DNA of 64,000 bases, taken from positions 421,975 to 485,974 of the forward strand of contig JAXLYU010000009.1 in NCBI GenBank assembly GCA_046351255.1, written 5' to 3'. Each line of letters opens with the position of its first letter. Within the stretch, counting starts at the first letter, position 1. The stretch is from Labilithrix sp. (lineage in GTDB: Bacteria > Myxococcota_A > Polyangia > Polyangiales > Polyangiaceae). The notes beneath the pieces are model-generated. The model was not told the DNA's origin. It was given only the letters and a program-made list of their open reading frames with translations, and ran no database searches. The position numbers were made by a program, and so were the translations under genes. Below, in pieces: positions 28,784 to 38,227 of the stretch.

Positions 28784-29977
28784 TCAGCGAAGCTGGATCG
28801 AAATGGGGCTCGGCTCGTCGTGTGTGCCGCCGTCGGTGTACCAGCGGCCCCAGCAGTACACGTCGTTGTTGCTGGTGAGCGCGCAGGACAGGGTCCCTCC
28901 CGCGCCGACAAACTTCGCGCGAGGAAGGGGCTCCACGAGGGTCGGCGTCACTGCGTCGTACTGCTTGGTCGGGTCGGACGGCTGAGGTCGACCGAGCGCA
29001 CCGGTATACGGATATCCGAAACAGGACACGCGACCGTCGCCGTGCCGCGCACATGCGTGACTGTCCGAGAGCGCCACCTGCTGGATGTCCTTGAGGTCGG
29101 CGACGGACACGATGCCACTGCCGAAGTAGTCGGTGCCGGGGATGAGGCGCCGGGCCTGGCCCCAGCAGAGGACGCGGCCGCGACGGATCGCGCAGTAGCC
29201 TTCGTCCTGCGCCTGGAGGGCGCTGACGTCGTCGAGGTCGGGGATGCGCGTGGGGCGCTCGTTCGTCCAGCGCGCTGCCTTCATCCTCGGACCCTGGTCT
29301 TGTTGCATGCCCCAGCAGACGACCTGGCGCTCGGGCGTCCGCGCGCACGTCGACTCGTTCCCGGCCGCGACGCTCTCCGCCTTGACGCCAGGGACCAGGG
29401 TGGCCGTCGCGAGGAGTCGCGCCTGGGGCATGTAATAGGTATCGCTCCCCGTCTGGCCGTGATCGTTGCGTCCCCAGCATTTCACCGACTTGTCGTCGAG
29501 GAGGGCGCACGCATGCGTGATCCCCGCCGCCACGCGTCGCGCGTGCGCGACCCCGACGACCTCGACGAAGTGATCGGTCTCCTCGTCCTCGGCGCGCGCG
29601 CCGAGCTCGCCGTGGGTGTTGGTGCCGGCGCACATGACGGTGCCGCGCCGGGTCGCGACGCACATGAGCGAACGGTTGCCCGACAGATCGATGGCGTCTT
29701 CCACGCCGGCGACACGAAGCTCGTCCTGCACGAGCGGTGACACGGGGCTCCCGGTCGATGGCTGGCAGTAGACGCGTCCGTCGCTGCGCACGCAGAGCCG
29801 GTTGCCGGCGAACGCCATCTGGAGTGGCGCCTCTGCCGTCTCCGGGTCCACGGCCGTCGCGACGGTGGGGGCGTCGCTCGTGCCGACGGGGCGGATCGTC
29901 ATCGCGACCGGCGGGCTCGGCGCTCGACCCGGGCCGCACGCCACGGTGAAGAAGGCGACCGCGAGGGCTCGCCTCAC
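28784..29977 (-). CDS. RCC1-repeat (beta-propeller) lipoprotein
   Basis: Putative GTG start and lipobox FTVAC. Repeated 'H(A/T)CA…G.V.CWG.N..GQ.G' RCC1-like blades. Confidence 0.55.
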   Translation of the reverse strand: MRRALAVAFFTVACGPGRAPSPPVAMTIRPVGTSDAPTVATAVDPETAEAPLQMAFAGNRLCVRSDGRVYCQPSTGSPVSPLVQDELRVAGVEDAIDLSGNRSLMCVATRRGTVMCAGTNTHGELGARAEDEETDHFVEVVGVAHARRVAAGITHACALLDDKSVKCWGRNDHGQTGSDTYYMPQARLLATATLVPGVKAESVAAGNESTCARTPERQVVCWGMQQDQGPRMKAARWTNERPTRIPDLDDVSALQAQDEGYCAIRRGRVLCWGQARRLIPGTDYFGSGIVSVADLKDIQQVALSDSHACARHGDGRVSCFGYPYTGALGRPQPSDPTKQYDAVTPTLVEPLPRAKFVGAGGTLSCALTSNNDVYCWGRWYTDGGTHDEPSPISIQLR

Positions 29978-30765
29978 GGATGCGCCCCGATGCCCGAGAG
30001 GGAGATCTTCGGCAATCGGCGGGGAGGACTCGTGTTGCCGGCCTCGTCCACCGCCGCGATGGCGATCGTCATCGACGGGGCGGACATCGAGATCGGGAAG
30101 TCGTGCGGATCGCACAGCGATCTCTTCCCGATTGTCAGCGTGTCGAGATACTTGGATATGAGCGCGGCTGGCGGCTTCGTCGTATCCAGATGACCGGCGG
30201 CGTCGGCCGCCCAGACCCCGTACATCAAACGCGCCGCTGGCCGGCCCGGATCCGACGCCGAGACGTTCGCGATCTCGATCCAGGGACCCTGGATGGTGCA
30301 ATCTCCGCCGCCCGCGCGAAGGTTGCCTTTCGCGACCGCAGCGCCGACGGAGTCGAGCTTCGGCGGCGTCGTGTCCGCGGAGGTTCCCGTCTTGAACGTG
30401 CCGAGGACGGTGGTGCTCGGATACGCGCTCGGGTCGCTGCTGACGAGCGCCACCTCGTAGCGCGTGTCGGGCCCGAGCGGCTTCGAGGGCGTGAGCTCGA
30501 CGAAGATCTGGGTGCCGTCGACCCAGCGCCGCTCGGCGACGTCGGCTTTGGCGCTCGTGTCCGAGACGCGCACGACCGCGGTCGCGGCCGGCGCGGTCTG
30601 TATGGGGACGACGAAGCGGACGCGGGCGTTGAGGGGCGCGTCGCTCACGCGATCGGGACCGACGATGGCGATCTGTGGGGCCATGCACGAGCACGCGGAC
30701 GCGTCGCTGAGCCGGAGGAGGCCGAGCGCGATCGCACCGACGATGGGGAGCCCCCGCTTCAGCAC
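29974..30765 (-). CDS. secreted hypothetical protein
   Basis: Signal peptide MLKRGLPIVGAIALGLLRLSDASA. It overlaps the next gene's start by 4 nt. Confidence 0.5.
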   Translation of the reverse strand: MLKRGLPIVGAIALGLLRLSDASACSCMAPQIAIVGPDRVSDAPLNARVRFVVPIQTAPAATAVVRVSDTSAKADVAERRWVDGTQIFVELTPSKPLGPDTRYEVALVSSDPSAYPSTTVLGTFKTGTSADTTPPKLDSVGAAVAKGNLRAGGGDCTIQGPWIEIANVSASDPGRPAARLMYGVWAADAAGHLDTTKPPAALISKYLDTLTIGKRSLCDPHDFPISMSAPSMTIAIAAVDEAGNTSPPRRLPKISLSGIGAHP

Positions 30766-30774
30766 CGACCTATT

Positions 30775-31083
30775 CTAATGGGGTATCCGGCCCATGCAAA
30801 CCAGCCGGAACATGCGCAGCTCCGCTCGCGCGTGCCAGAGCGGATGCGCCCACGGCGTCGTGGCGTTGCCCTCGAAGAGACGGTGGGAGAGCTGTGCGAT
30901 CGCGAAGTCGACGAGCGGCGCCGCGAGGAGCAATAGCGGCTGCCGCGACGCGAGCGCGACCAGCGCGAGCACGATGGCGGAGAGCGTGCCGGCGGCATGG
31001 GCGAGCTGCGTCTCGCGCCTCGCGTGCAGGCGCAGGTACCGCGGCCAGAACTCCTCGAAGGTCACGACGTCGTAGAGGCTCAA
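30775..31083 (-). CDS. DUF962-like small membrane protein
   Basis: Putative TTG start overlapping the GT gene stop (TTGA). Contains 'FEEFWPRYLRLH' and TM helices. Confidence 0.35.
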   Translation of the reverse strand: MSLYDVVTFEEFWPRYLRLHARRETQLAHAAGTLSAIVLALVALASRQPLLLLAAPLVDFAIAQLSHRLFEGNATTPWAHPLWHARAELRMFRLVCMGRIPH

Positions 31084-32147
31084 GCTGCCTCCGCGAGCGC
31101 CCGATGTACGGCGCGGAAGGCGTCGGCGCGGCCCGTCGTGAGACGCGCGTCGAGCGCTGGCTCGCTCGCGCGCTCCTCGATGCGCTCGACGAAGGCGCGG
31201 ACCACGACGCCGTCGATGCGTCGCGCGCGCATGCCGTAGCCGAGCGCCTCGAGCCACGCCGCGTTCAGCTCCTGCTCGCCTTGATGCCGGATCGGCACGC
31301 TCAGGATGGGCTTGCCGAGGTAGAGCGCCTCCGCGATCGTGGTGAAACCGCCATTGGCGATCACGCCGCGCGCCGTCGCCAGGTCCTCGATGAACGAACG
31401 CTCGTCGAAGTCGCGTAGCTCCACGTGGCCGCTGGTCCGGGCGGGCCCCGCGCCATAGACGCGAAACCGGATGCGGTCATTGGCGAGGAGCGATGGCAAG
31501 AGGCGCGGATCTCCGTTCGAGGTTTGGTAGACGAGCACGTGGTCGCCGCGCTCGCGCCGTGCGTCGACGATCTCGCGGCGCAGCACCGGCCCCACGAGCG
31601 TGGTGGACGCGCTCTTCTCCACGCGCACGGGCGGAAAGAAGAACGAGCTCACCACGAAATGCGAGCAGCCCGGCGTCTTCGCGCGAACGATGGCCCGCGT
31701 GGCGCGAAAATCCCTCGATACGCGCTTCAGGACGTCGCGTGGATGCCGGCAGCGATCGACGACGTGCTGGTGGTCGAACGAGACGATGGGCACGTCGTGG
31801 AGCCAGCCGACGAGGTAGCTGAACGAGTCGAAGTCGGTGATGACGGCGTCGGGGCGAAACGCGCGCGCGTCGACCAGCGCCGCCTCGACGTTGCGGCGAA
31901 TGGCATGCGGCGCCGAGTAGGCGAGGCTCGCGAGCGTCCGCGCGCGCTCGACTGCGCCGCGGCGATACGCGAGGCGAAACCCGTCGATCGCGATGGTCTC
32001 GAAGCCGTGACCGCGCAAGATGGGCGCCGCGCGGCTCGAGGCGGCGAGGCACACGGTGTGTCCCTGCGCCGTGAGCTCCTCTGCGAGCGCCCGCGCCCGC
32101 ATGGTGTGACCGAGTCCTTCGCCCGTGACGCCGTAGAGGATCTTCAT
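31080..32147 (-). CDS. glycosyltransferase (GT1/MGT-like family)
   Basis: N-terminus 'MKILYGVTGEGLGHTMRARALAEEL' and C-terminus 'GGFTTIAEALYLGKPILSVP' are GT1 hallmarks. Confidence 0.7.
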   Translation of the reverse strand: MKILYGVTGEGLGHTMRARALAEELTAQGHTVCLAASSRAAPILRGHGFETIAIDGFRLAYRRGAVERARTLASLAYSAPHAIRRNVEAALVDARAFRPDAVITDFDSFSYLVGWLHDVPIVSFDHQHVVDRCRHPRDVLKRVSRDFRATRAIVRAKTPGCSHFVVSSFFFPPVRVEKSASTTLVGPVLRREIVDARRERGDHVLVYQTSNGDPRLLPSLLANDRIRFRVYGAGPARTSGHVELRDFDERSFIEDLATARGVIANGGFTTIAEALYLGKPILSVPIRHQGEQELNAAWLEALGYGMRARRIDGVVVRAFVERIEERASEPALDARLTTGRADAFRAVHRALAEAA

Positions 32148-32209
32148 CCCGGTTCACCATGACGCCTCGAGTCGAAGCGCGAGTGGACACGGTATGAAAC
32201 GCGCGTGAA

Positions 32210-33382
32210 TCAGTCCGCGAGCGTGCGGGCGAGCCTCGACGCGACGCTGTTCTTCGTGCGCGGCTTGCCGACGTCGATCGGGTCGCCCGTCCAGAAGACG
32301 AGCGCGCGATGCGTCTCCGGATAGAACACGCTGACCAGCTTCACGTTGCCGAAGCTGCCGGGGCGCTCGACGAGGAGCGTCGTCCCTCCGTCGGAGGTCG
32401 GGTACGGATAGGCCCAGCAGCCGAGGGCAGCGCGGTCGTGCCGGGGATCGCCGTCGAAGAGGAGCTTCTTCGACTCCGCGTCGAGGAGCTTGTCCCCGTC
32501 GAGCGCCTCGAAGAAGGAGAGGAGATCGTTCGCGCTGGCGTAGCCATTCCCCGCGGTGAAGAAGTTCTCGGGACGTACGCGCCCCATCGGCCCGAAGTCG
32601 ACCGCCGCCGGGCGCTCCGAGCCGCCGCTCTTCACCGCGATGCCCGCGCGTGTCATCCCGGACGGGCCGAAGACCTCCTTCGCGAGCGCCTCGGCCGCGG
32701 TCGCTCCGGACCGGGCCTCGAGGATCGCGCCCAGGATGGCGTACTCGCTATTTCGATATTTCCAGACGCCGCGCTTTTCCGTCGCGGTGGAGAGCTCCCT
32801 GGCGAGCGTCGCGGCGGGGCGGGTGAAATCGACGTCGGTGCGCGTGAAAAAGCCATTATCGAGCTCGGGGACGCGCGACGTGTGGCCGAGGAGCTCGCGC
32901 ACGGTGGAGTCGGCCCACGGCCTCGAGGCGAGCGCTGGCAGCACGGATCTGATCTCGGCGTCCAGGGCGAGCTCCTTCCGGGCCACGAGACGGAGCGTGG
33001 CGACCGCGACCCAGAGCTTCGTGAACGAGGCGACGAGGACGGGACGATCCGGAGAGAGCGTCGAATCGATGGGGAAGGCGGCTCGCGCGCCGTCACCGAC
33101 CATCGCGACCAGGCCCTTGGCGCTCGTTCCCTTGAAGGCGGCGCGGATCGACGCCTCCGTCGGCAGCGGACGCGGCGGGATGGCCGGCGTCGCGTCGGTC
33201 GTGGCCGCCTCCGGCGCCGCCTCGGGCGCGGCGTCGGCGGCCGCCTCGGGCGCGGCGTCGACGGCCGCCTCGGGGGTGGTCGTCGCGACCTTCGTCTCCG
33301 TGCACGCGGCGACGAGGAGCGCCGCGATGGCGAGGCGCTTCGAGCGCGCAGAGACGTCGGCGACGTAGTTCACTCGATTCAC
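32210..33382 (-). CDS. serine hydrolase / beta-lactamase-family lipoprotein
   Basis: Lipobox LVAAC, an Ala/Pro-rich linker, and an SxxK motif 'ASFTKLW'. Confidence 0.65.
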   Translation of the reverse strand: MNRVNYVADVSARSKRLAIAALLVAACTETKVATTTPEAAVDAAPEAAADAAPEAAPEAATTDATPAIPPRPLPTEASIRAAFKGTSAKGLVAMVGDGARAAFPIDSTLSPDRPVLVASFTKLWVAVATLRLVARKELALDAEIRSVLPALASRPWADSTVRELLGHTSRVPELDNGFFTRTDVDFTRPAATLARELSTATEKRGVWKYRNSEYAILGAILEARSGATAAEALAKEVFGPSGMTRAGIAVKSGGSERPAAVDFGPMGRVRPENFFTAGNGYASANDLLSFFEALDGDKLLDAESKKLLFDGDPRHDRAALGCWAYPYPTSDGGTTLLVERPGSFGNVKLVSVFYPETHRALVFWTGDPIDVGKPRTKNSVASRLARTLAD

Positions 33383-33537
33383 CGATAGCCGAGCCCGGCG
33401 CGTCCGTGGATCGTGAAAATGCCTCCGGGACGTATTTGCTCGGACGATCGATAGCGCCGCCAGGAGCGTCCCCGCCGGCGAAAAGGAAGAACGGGATGTT
33501 CTCGAGGTCGTTCAGGTCATGATTGCGGCCACCAGGA

Positions 33538-34254
33538 TCAGCGAGTGAGCTTGGCCGCGTAGCCGTCCGCCAGCCGAAGGAGGGCGTCCGAGCAGCCCGT
33601 CGACGTGGACGAGCCGTGCATGAGCGCGAGCGTCTGCGGGTCGAGCTGCGCGAGGCGGCGGATGGTGGGCGCCGTCACCTCGGTGAGGGCGCTCGCCTTG
33701 AAGAGCTCCTCCGCCGCGAGCGCGGGCGCCACGATGTCGTCCGTCGTGAGCGCGGGGCCGTCTCCGGCATGTGTGAAGAGGTCGCCGCAGAAGAGCGTCC
33801 TGGTCGTCTCCTCGAAGAGCACGCGTGCCTCCCAGTTGTGGGGGACGTGCGGCGTGTCGATGTGGCGGACGCGCTTGCCGCCGAGGTCGAGCACCTCGCC
33901 GTCGGCGAGCTTGCGCGGGGCGCGGTCGCACATGTCGTCGAGGGAGACCATGCAGCCGGTGATCCCGTGCGCGACCTCCGCCCGGGGCGCGGCGGCGAGG
34001 AACTCGTTCATGGCGCCGCACTCGTCCGCCTCGACGTGACCGAACGTGATCCAGCGCAGGCTCGCGAGGGGGACGATGCGCGCGACCGCCTCCGACACGA
34101 GCGGGAACATCTTGCGATGACCGGTGTGGAAGAGGAGGGGCTCGTCGGCACGTACGAGGAACTGATTGAAGGTGAAGCCTCCGGGCGCGGCCTCCGCCAC
34201 GCAGGTCGAGAAGCGGAAGATGCCGTCGGCGATTTCGGTCGTGGTGGTCTTCAT
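33538..34254 (-). CDS. MBL-fold/ODP-like domain protein
   Basis: 238 aa with 'FGHVEADECG' (an HxExD-type metal motif). It is divergent from the TetR gene. Confidence 0.5.
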   Translation of the reverse strand: MKTTTTEIADGIFRFSTCVAEAAPGGFTFNQFLVRADEPLLFHTGHRKMFPLVSEAVARIVPLASLRWITFGHVEADECGAMNEFLAAAPRAEVAHGITGCMVSLDDMCDRAPRKLADGEVLDLGGKRVRHIDTPHVPHNWEARVLFEETTRTLFCGDLFTHAGDGPALTTDDIVAPALAAEELFKASALTEVTAPTIRRLAQLDPQTLALMHGSSTSTGCSDALLRLADGYAAKLTR

Positions 34255-34292
34255 CCTCGACGTTGTAACACCAGAGTCGACCGATGGTAGAA

Positions 34293-34311
34293 TTGACTAA
34301 CCGTTGGTCAA
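34293..34311. promoter_or_regulatory. putative TetR operator palindrome TTGACTAACCGTTGGTCAA
   Basis: A 19-bp near-perfect palindrome in the AT-rich divergent intergenic region between the MBL-fold gene and the TetR gene. Confidence 0.5.
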
Positions 34312-34332
34312 GAATTCGTTCGAGGGTAGAAT

Positions 34333-35028
34333 GTGAGCGTGGCCATCCCGAAGAGATCACGGAAAAAAGACGCGGCAGCGCCGGAGGCCTCGCCACGGAT
34401 CGCGCGTCGCGAGCGCCGTCGGGAGCGGTCCCGCGTGGAGATCATCGACGCGGCGAGGCGCGTCGTCGCGAAGCACGGGGTGGGCGGCACGACGCTCGAT
34501 CTCGTCGCGGCCGAGATCGGCCTCACGAAGGCGGCTCTCTACTACTACTTCGCGTCGAAGGACGCGCTGCTCTTCGAGCTGGTCTTCGAGGCCCTCTCGC
34601 GCTCGACGCAGGCCGTCCACGACGGCGTGGAGCGCGCGAACGACGGCGGCGAGGCGCTCCGTGCGATCGTGCGCGAGACGGTGAGCTCGTACGCGACGCA
34701 CCTGGACGACTTCCGCCTGGTGTTCTTGATGGGGCAGGTGGCGGGCCCTGGCGCGGTGCGCGTGGGCGCGGAGCAGCTCGCGAAGATCCGTCCGCGGAAC
34801 GACATGGCCTACGGGCGGACCGCGAAGCGCCTCTCCGACGAATGGGAGAGGGCGCCCGGACGCGCGAAGGTCGATCCGCGCCTGATGGCGTTTCTCGCGA
34901 ACGTCGCGGCGGTCGGCGTCCTCACGTTCAAGGGCATGGTCGAGAGCGTCGGCGATCCGCTGCGCTGGTCGGACGAGCAGCTCATCGAGGGTCTCTCTCG
35001 CATCTTCGAAGCGGCGGCGAGGCCATGA
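34333..35028 (+). CDS. TetR family transcriptional regulator
   Basis: HTH 'TTLDLVAAEIGLTKAALYYYFASKDALL'. Confidence 0.8.
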   Translation: MSVAIPKRSRKKDAAAPEASPRIARRERRRERSRVEIIDAARRVVAKHGVGGTTLDLVAAEIGLTKAALYYYFASKDALLFELVFEALSRSTQAVHDGVERANDGGEALRAIVRETVSSYATHLDDFRLVFLMGQVAGPGAVRVGAEQLAKIRPRNDMAYGRTAKRLSDEWERAPGRAKVDPRLMAFLANVAAVGVLTFKGMVESVGDPLRWSDEQLIEGLSRIFEAAARP

Positions 35029-36233
35029 GCTGGCGGTGGGCCATCGCGAGCCTCGGTCTCCTCGCGTCCGCCCTGGCCGCGACGAGCCTCCGGCCCGCGG
35101 CGCGTCCGAGCACGCCGTCGCACGCCGAGGTGCCCGCGCTCACGGGCCGCGTCTACGCGCAACGCGTGGTCGAGCTCCATCTGAAGTCGCCGGACGGCAA
35201 GGTCGTCGGACGCGCGCATCCCGGCGCGGTGGTCGTCGTCCAGCCCGTCGACGCTCGCTACGTGCGCGTCGCGCTGCCGGAGCCGGGCCGCGAGAAGGGC
35301 ACGCTGTGGCTGCTCGCCGAGAGGTCGGGATTCACGAGATCGTTCGTCCGCGCCGTTCCTCCCGAGTTTCCGCCCGAGAGCCGCCTCGTGCGCGCCGTGG
35401 TCGCGACGGAGCTCTTCCCGGAAGAGGAGAGCCAGGACAGCTTCGCGGTGACCATCTGTGGAGAGGTCCACGTCCTCCAGGCGGCGCGCGGGCACGGTGA
35501 CTTCGTCTCCCAGGTCCACGAGAACGTCGAGCTCATGGGATGGACGTCCGCGCCGGTCCTCTCGCTCGCGTGGAGCTGCAACACCCGCCGGATCGCACGA
35601 GCGAACGGGAGGCTGCTCCTCCGCGGAGGCGCGACGACGCTCGACGAGGAGGAGGTGACGTCGATCCCGCCGTCCTTCGTGACGTGGAGCTTCGAGCGCT
35701 CCGATGGTGGGCCGGACGCATTCCAGAAGAAGGTGACCGCCGGGACGACCTACTTCCTCCTCTCGCCGGAGCCCGGCACGAGGGCGGGGAAGTGCTACGA
35801 GTGGAAATTCGTGCCGCGCGGGGCCGAAACCGTCCTCGTGCGGAGATTGCCGCTCATCGAGGACGGAAAGCGCGTTCACGCGTCGTACGGAGTGGGCTAC
35901 GAGAGGGGCGTGCTCTCGCTCACGGGCCCGCACTACCACGCGCAGGCGCTCGACCGCGACGCGCGCGCGCCGAGCGTGGGCGGGTATCGCTGCGCCCGCC
36001 GCCAGGAGGTGGCCGGCGTGACGGACGACCTGGTCCGCTTCGCATACGCGGGCCACGACGATCTCGCGTGGCACCCGGACGACGAGGAGCACTGGTACGC
36101 GAAGGCGGCCGACTGCGAGGCCGCGCGCCAGAAGTACGACGCCGCGCTCGCTGCGGATCGGGACGCCCGTCCTCCGGGCGGCCCTCACGTCGACGAGTGC
36201 TTCGGAGCTTTTGGAGAGAAGGACGACAGATGA
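35025..36233 (+). CDS. secreted hypothetical protein
   Basis: ATGA overlap with the TetR stop, signal peptide MSWRWAIASLGLLASALAA, 402 aa. Confidence 0.6.
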   Translation: MSWRWAIASLGLLASALAATSLRPAARPSTPSHAEVPALTGRVYAQRVVELHLKSPDGKVVGRAHPGAVVVVQPVDARYVRVALPEPGREKGTLWLLAERSGFTRSFVRAVPPEFPPESRLVRAVVATELFPEEESQDSFAVTICGEVHVLQAARGHGDFVSQVHENVELMGWTSAPVLSLAWSCNTRRIARANGRLLLRGGATTLDEEEVTSIPPSFVTWSFERSDGGPDAFQKKVTAGTTYFLLSPEPGTRAGKCYEWKFVPRGAETVLVRRLPLIEDGKRVHASYGVGYERGVLSLTGPHYHAQALDRDARAPSVGGYRCARRQEVAGVTDDLVRFAYAGHDDLAWHPDDEEHWYAKAADCEAARQKYDAALAADRDARPPGGPHVDECFGAFGEKDDR

Positions 36234-36841
36234 AGATCGATGTTTGGTCGGATGTGATCTGCCCCTGGTGCTGGCTCGGCCGGGCACGCCTCGCGAAGGC
36301 GGTCGCCGCCTCACCCCGGAGCCCGGAGATCGAGATCGTGTTTCGCAGCTTCGAGCTCGATCCCGGATCACCGAAGGATCTCGATATTCCGACGAACGAG
36401 ATGCTCGAGAAGAAATTCAACATGGATAAAGCGCAGATCGACGCCATGCACCGACGCATCTCCGCGATGGGCAGGGAAGAGGGCATCGACTACCAGTTCG
36501 ACAAAGCCCGAACGTCGAATACCTTCGATGCACACCGGCTCGTGCATCTCGCGGCGGAGCAGGGCCGTCGTACGGAGATGGTGGACCGCCTCTTCGAGGC
36601 GAACTTCCACGACGGCATTCGCGTGGGCGATCGCAAGAACCTGATCGCGCTCGCGGACGAGCTCGGCGTCTCCGGCGCGGCGGAGGCGCTCGAGAGCCAG
36701 CGCTTCGCGGACGCGGTCCGTGCAGACGAGGCGGAGGCGAAGCAGCGAGGCGTCAGCGGCGTGCCGTTCTTCCTCCTCGATGGGAAGAGGGCGGTCGCCG
36801 GCGCGCAGTCGGTCGACGTGCTCGTCCGCGCGCTCACCTAG
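36230..36841 (+). CDS. DsbA-family (FrnE-like) thiol:disulfide oxidoreductase
   Basis: ATGA overlap with the upstream gene and the 'CPWC' active site. Confidence 0.75.
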   Translation: MKIDVWSDVICPWCWLGRARLAKAVAASPRSPEIEIVFRSFELDPGSPKDLDIPTNEMLEKKFNMDKAQIDAMHRRISAMGREEGIDYQFDKARTSNTFDAHRLVHLAAEQGRRTEMVDRLFEANFHDGIRVGDRKNLIALADELGVSGAAEALESQRFADAVRADEAEAKQRGVSGVPFFLLDGKRAVAGAQSVDVLVRALT

Positions 36842-36982
36842 CGTGAGCGCACGGCCGTCAGGGCCGTGGCGGTGGCGATCCCGACGGTGGAAACCAGGGG
36901 CGCGAGGAGCCGTCGATCTTCGATCGGGCGGACGCGCACGCCCCGATCGTACACCTCCCGGAATCGGCGTAGACTCGGGGGC

Positions 36983-38227
36983 GTGACCACCTCCACGAAC
37001 CTCCGCGTCAACGGTGACCGTCTCTGGACCTCGCTCATGGAGCTCGCCCGCATCGGCGGCACGCAGAAGGGCGGCGTCTGCCGTCTCGCGCTGACCGACC
37101 TCGATCGTCAGGGCCGCGATCTCGTCGTGTCGTGGGCCAAGCAAGCTGGTCTCACGGTCACGATCGACAAGATCGGCAACGTGTTCATGCGCCGCGCAGG
37201 CAAGAACCCGAACCTCCCGCCGATCTCCACCGGCAGCCACATCGACACGCAGCCGACGGGCGGCAAGTTCGACGGCAACTACGGCGTGCTCGCGGGCATC
37301 GAGGTCATTCGCACCCTCAACGACCACAAGGTCGAGACCGAGGCGCCGATCGAGGTCATCTTCTGGACGAACGAGGAAGGCTCGCGGTTCGTCCCCGTCA
37401 TGATGGGCTCGGGCGTGTTCGCGGGCGCGTTCACGCTCGACCATGCGTACGCGGCGAAGGACACCGAAGGCAAGACGGTCAAGGAGGAGCTCGAGCGGAT
37501 CGGCTACGCCGGCCCCGAGGAGCCGGGCAAGCACCCGCTCGGCGCATATTTCGAGGCGCACATCGAGCAAGGCCCGGTGCTCGAGGCCGCCAACAAGACG
37601 ATCGGCGTCGTCACTGGCGTGCTCGGTCTTCGCTGGTACGACTGCGTGGTCACGGGCATGGAGGCACATGCGGGGCCCACGCCGATGGGGGTGCGCAAGG
37701 ACGCCCTCCAGGTGGCGACGACCATCATGCAGGAGGTGGTGGCGATCGCGCACCGCTATCCGCCGCATGGCCGCGGCACCGTCGGCTTCGTGCAGAACTT
37801 CCCGAACAGCCGGAACGTGATCCCGGGTCGCGTCTCCTTCTCCATCGATCTCCGCAATATCGACGCCGAGCGCCTCGACGCGATGGACCGCGATATTCGC
37901 GGGTTCATCGAGAAGACCTCCAAGGACTCCGGTCTCGAGATCACGATCGAGCAGGTCTCGCACTTCGAGCCCTGTCCGTTCGAGAAAGGCTGCGTCGGCG
38001 CGGTCGAGGGCGCAGCGAAGGAGCTCGGCTACTCGTACATGGATGCCGTCTCCGGCGCCGGCCACGACGCCGTCTACATGGCGCGTCTTGCCCCTGCGGG
38101 CATGGTGTTCGTGCCGTGCAAGGACGGCATCAGCCACAACGAGATCGAGGATGCGAAGCCGGAGCACCTAGAAGCCGGATGCAACGTCCTTCTCCACGCC
38201 ATGCTCGATCGCGCCAAGCGCGTCTGA
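36983..38227 (+). CDS. M20-family allantoate amidohydrolase / N-carbamoyl-L-amino-acid hydrolase
   Basis: GTG start and 415 aa. 'STGSHIDTQPTGGKFDGNYGVLAGIEV' is a family hallmark. Confidence 0.7.
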   Translation: MTTSTNLRVNGDRLWTSLMELARIGGTQKGGVCRLALTDLDRQGRDLVVSWAKQAGLTVTIDKIGNVFMRRAGKNPNLPPISTGSHIDTQPTGGKFDGNYGVLAGIEVIRTLNDHKVETEAPIEVIFWTNEEGSRFVPVMMGSGVFAGAFTLDHAYAAKDTEGKTVKEELERIGYAGPEEPGKHPLGAYFEAHIEQGPVLEAANKTIGVVTGVLGLRWYDCVVTGMEAHAGPTPMGVRKDALQVATTIMQEVVAIAHRYPPHGRGTVGFVQNFPNSRNVIPGRVSFSIDLRNIDAERLDAMDRDIRGFIEKTSKDSGLEITIEQVSHFEPCPFEKGCVGAVEGAAKELGYSYMDAVSGAGHDAVYMARLAPAGMVFVPCKDGISHNEIEDAKPEHLEAGCNVLLHAMLDRAKRV

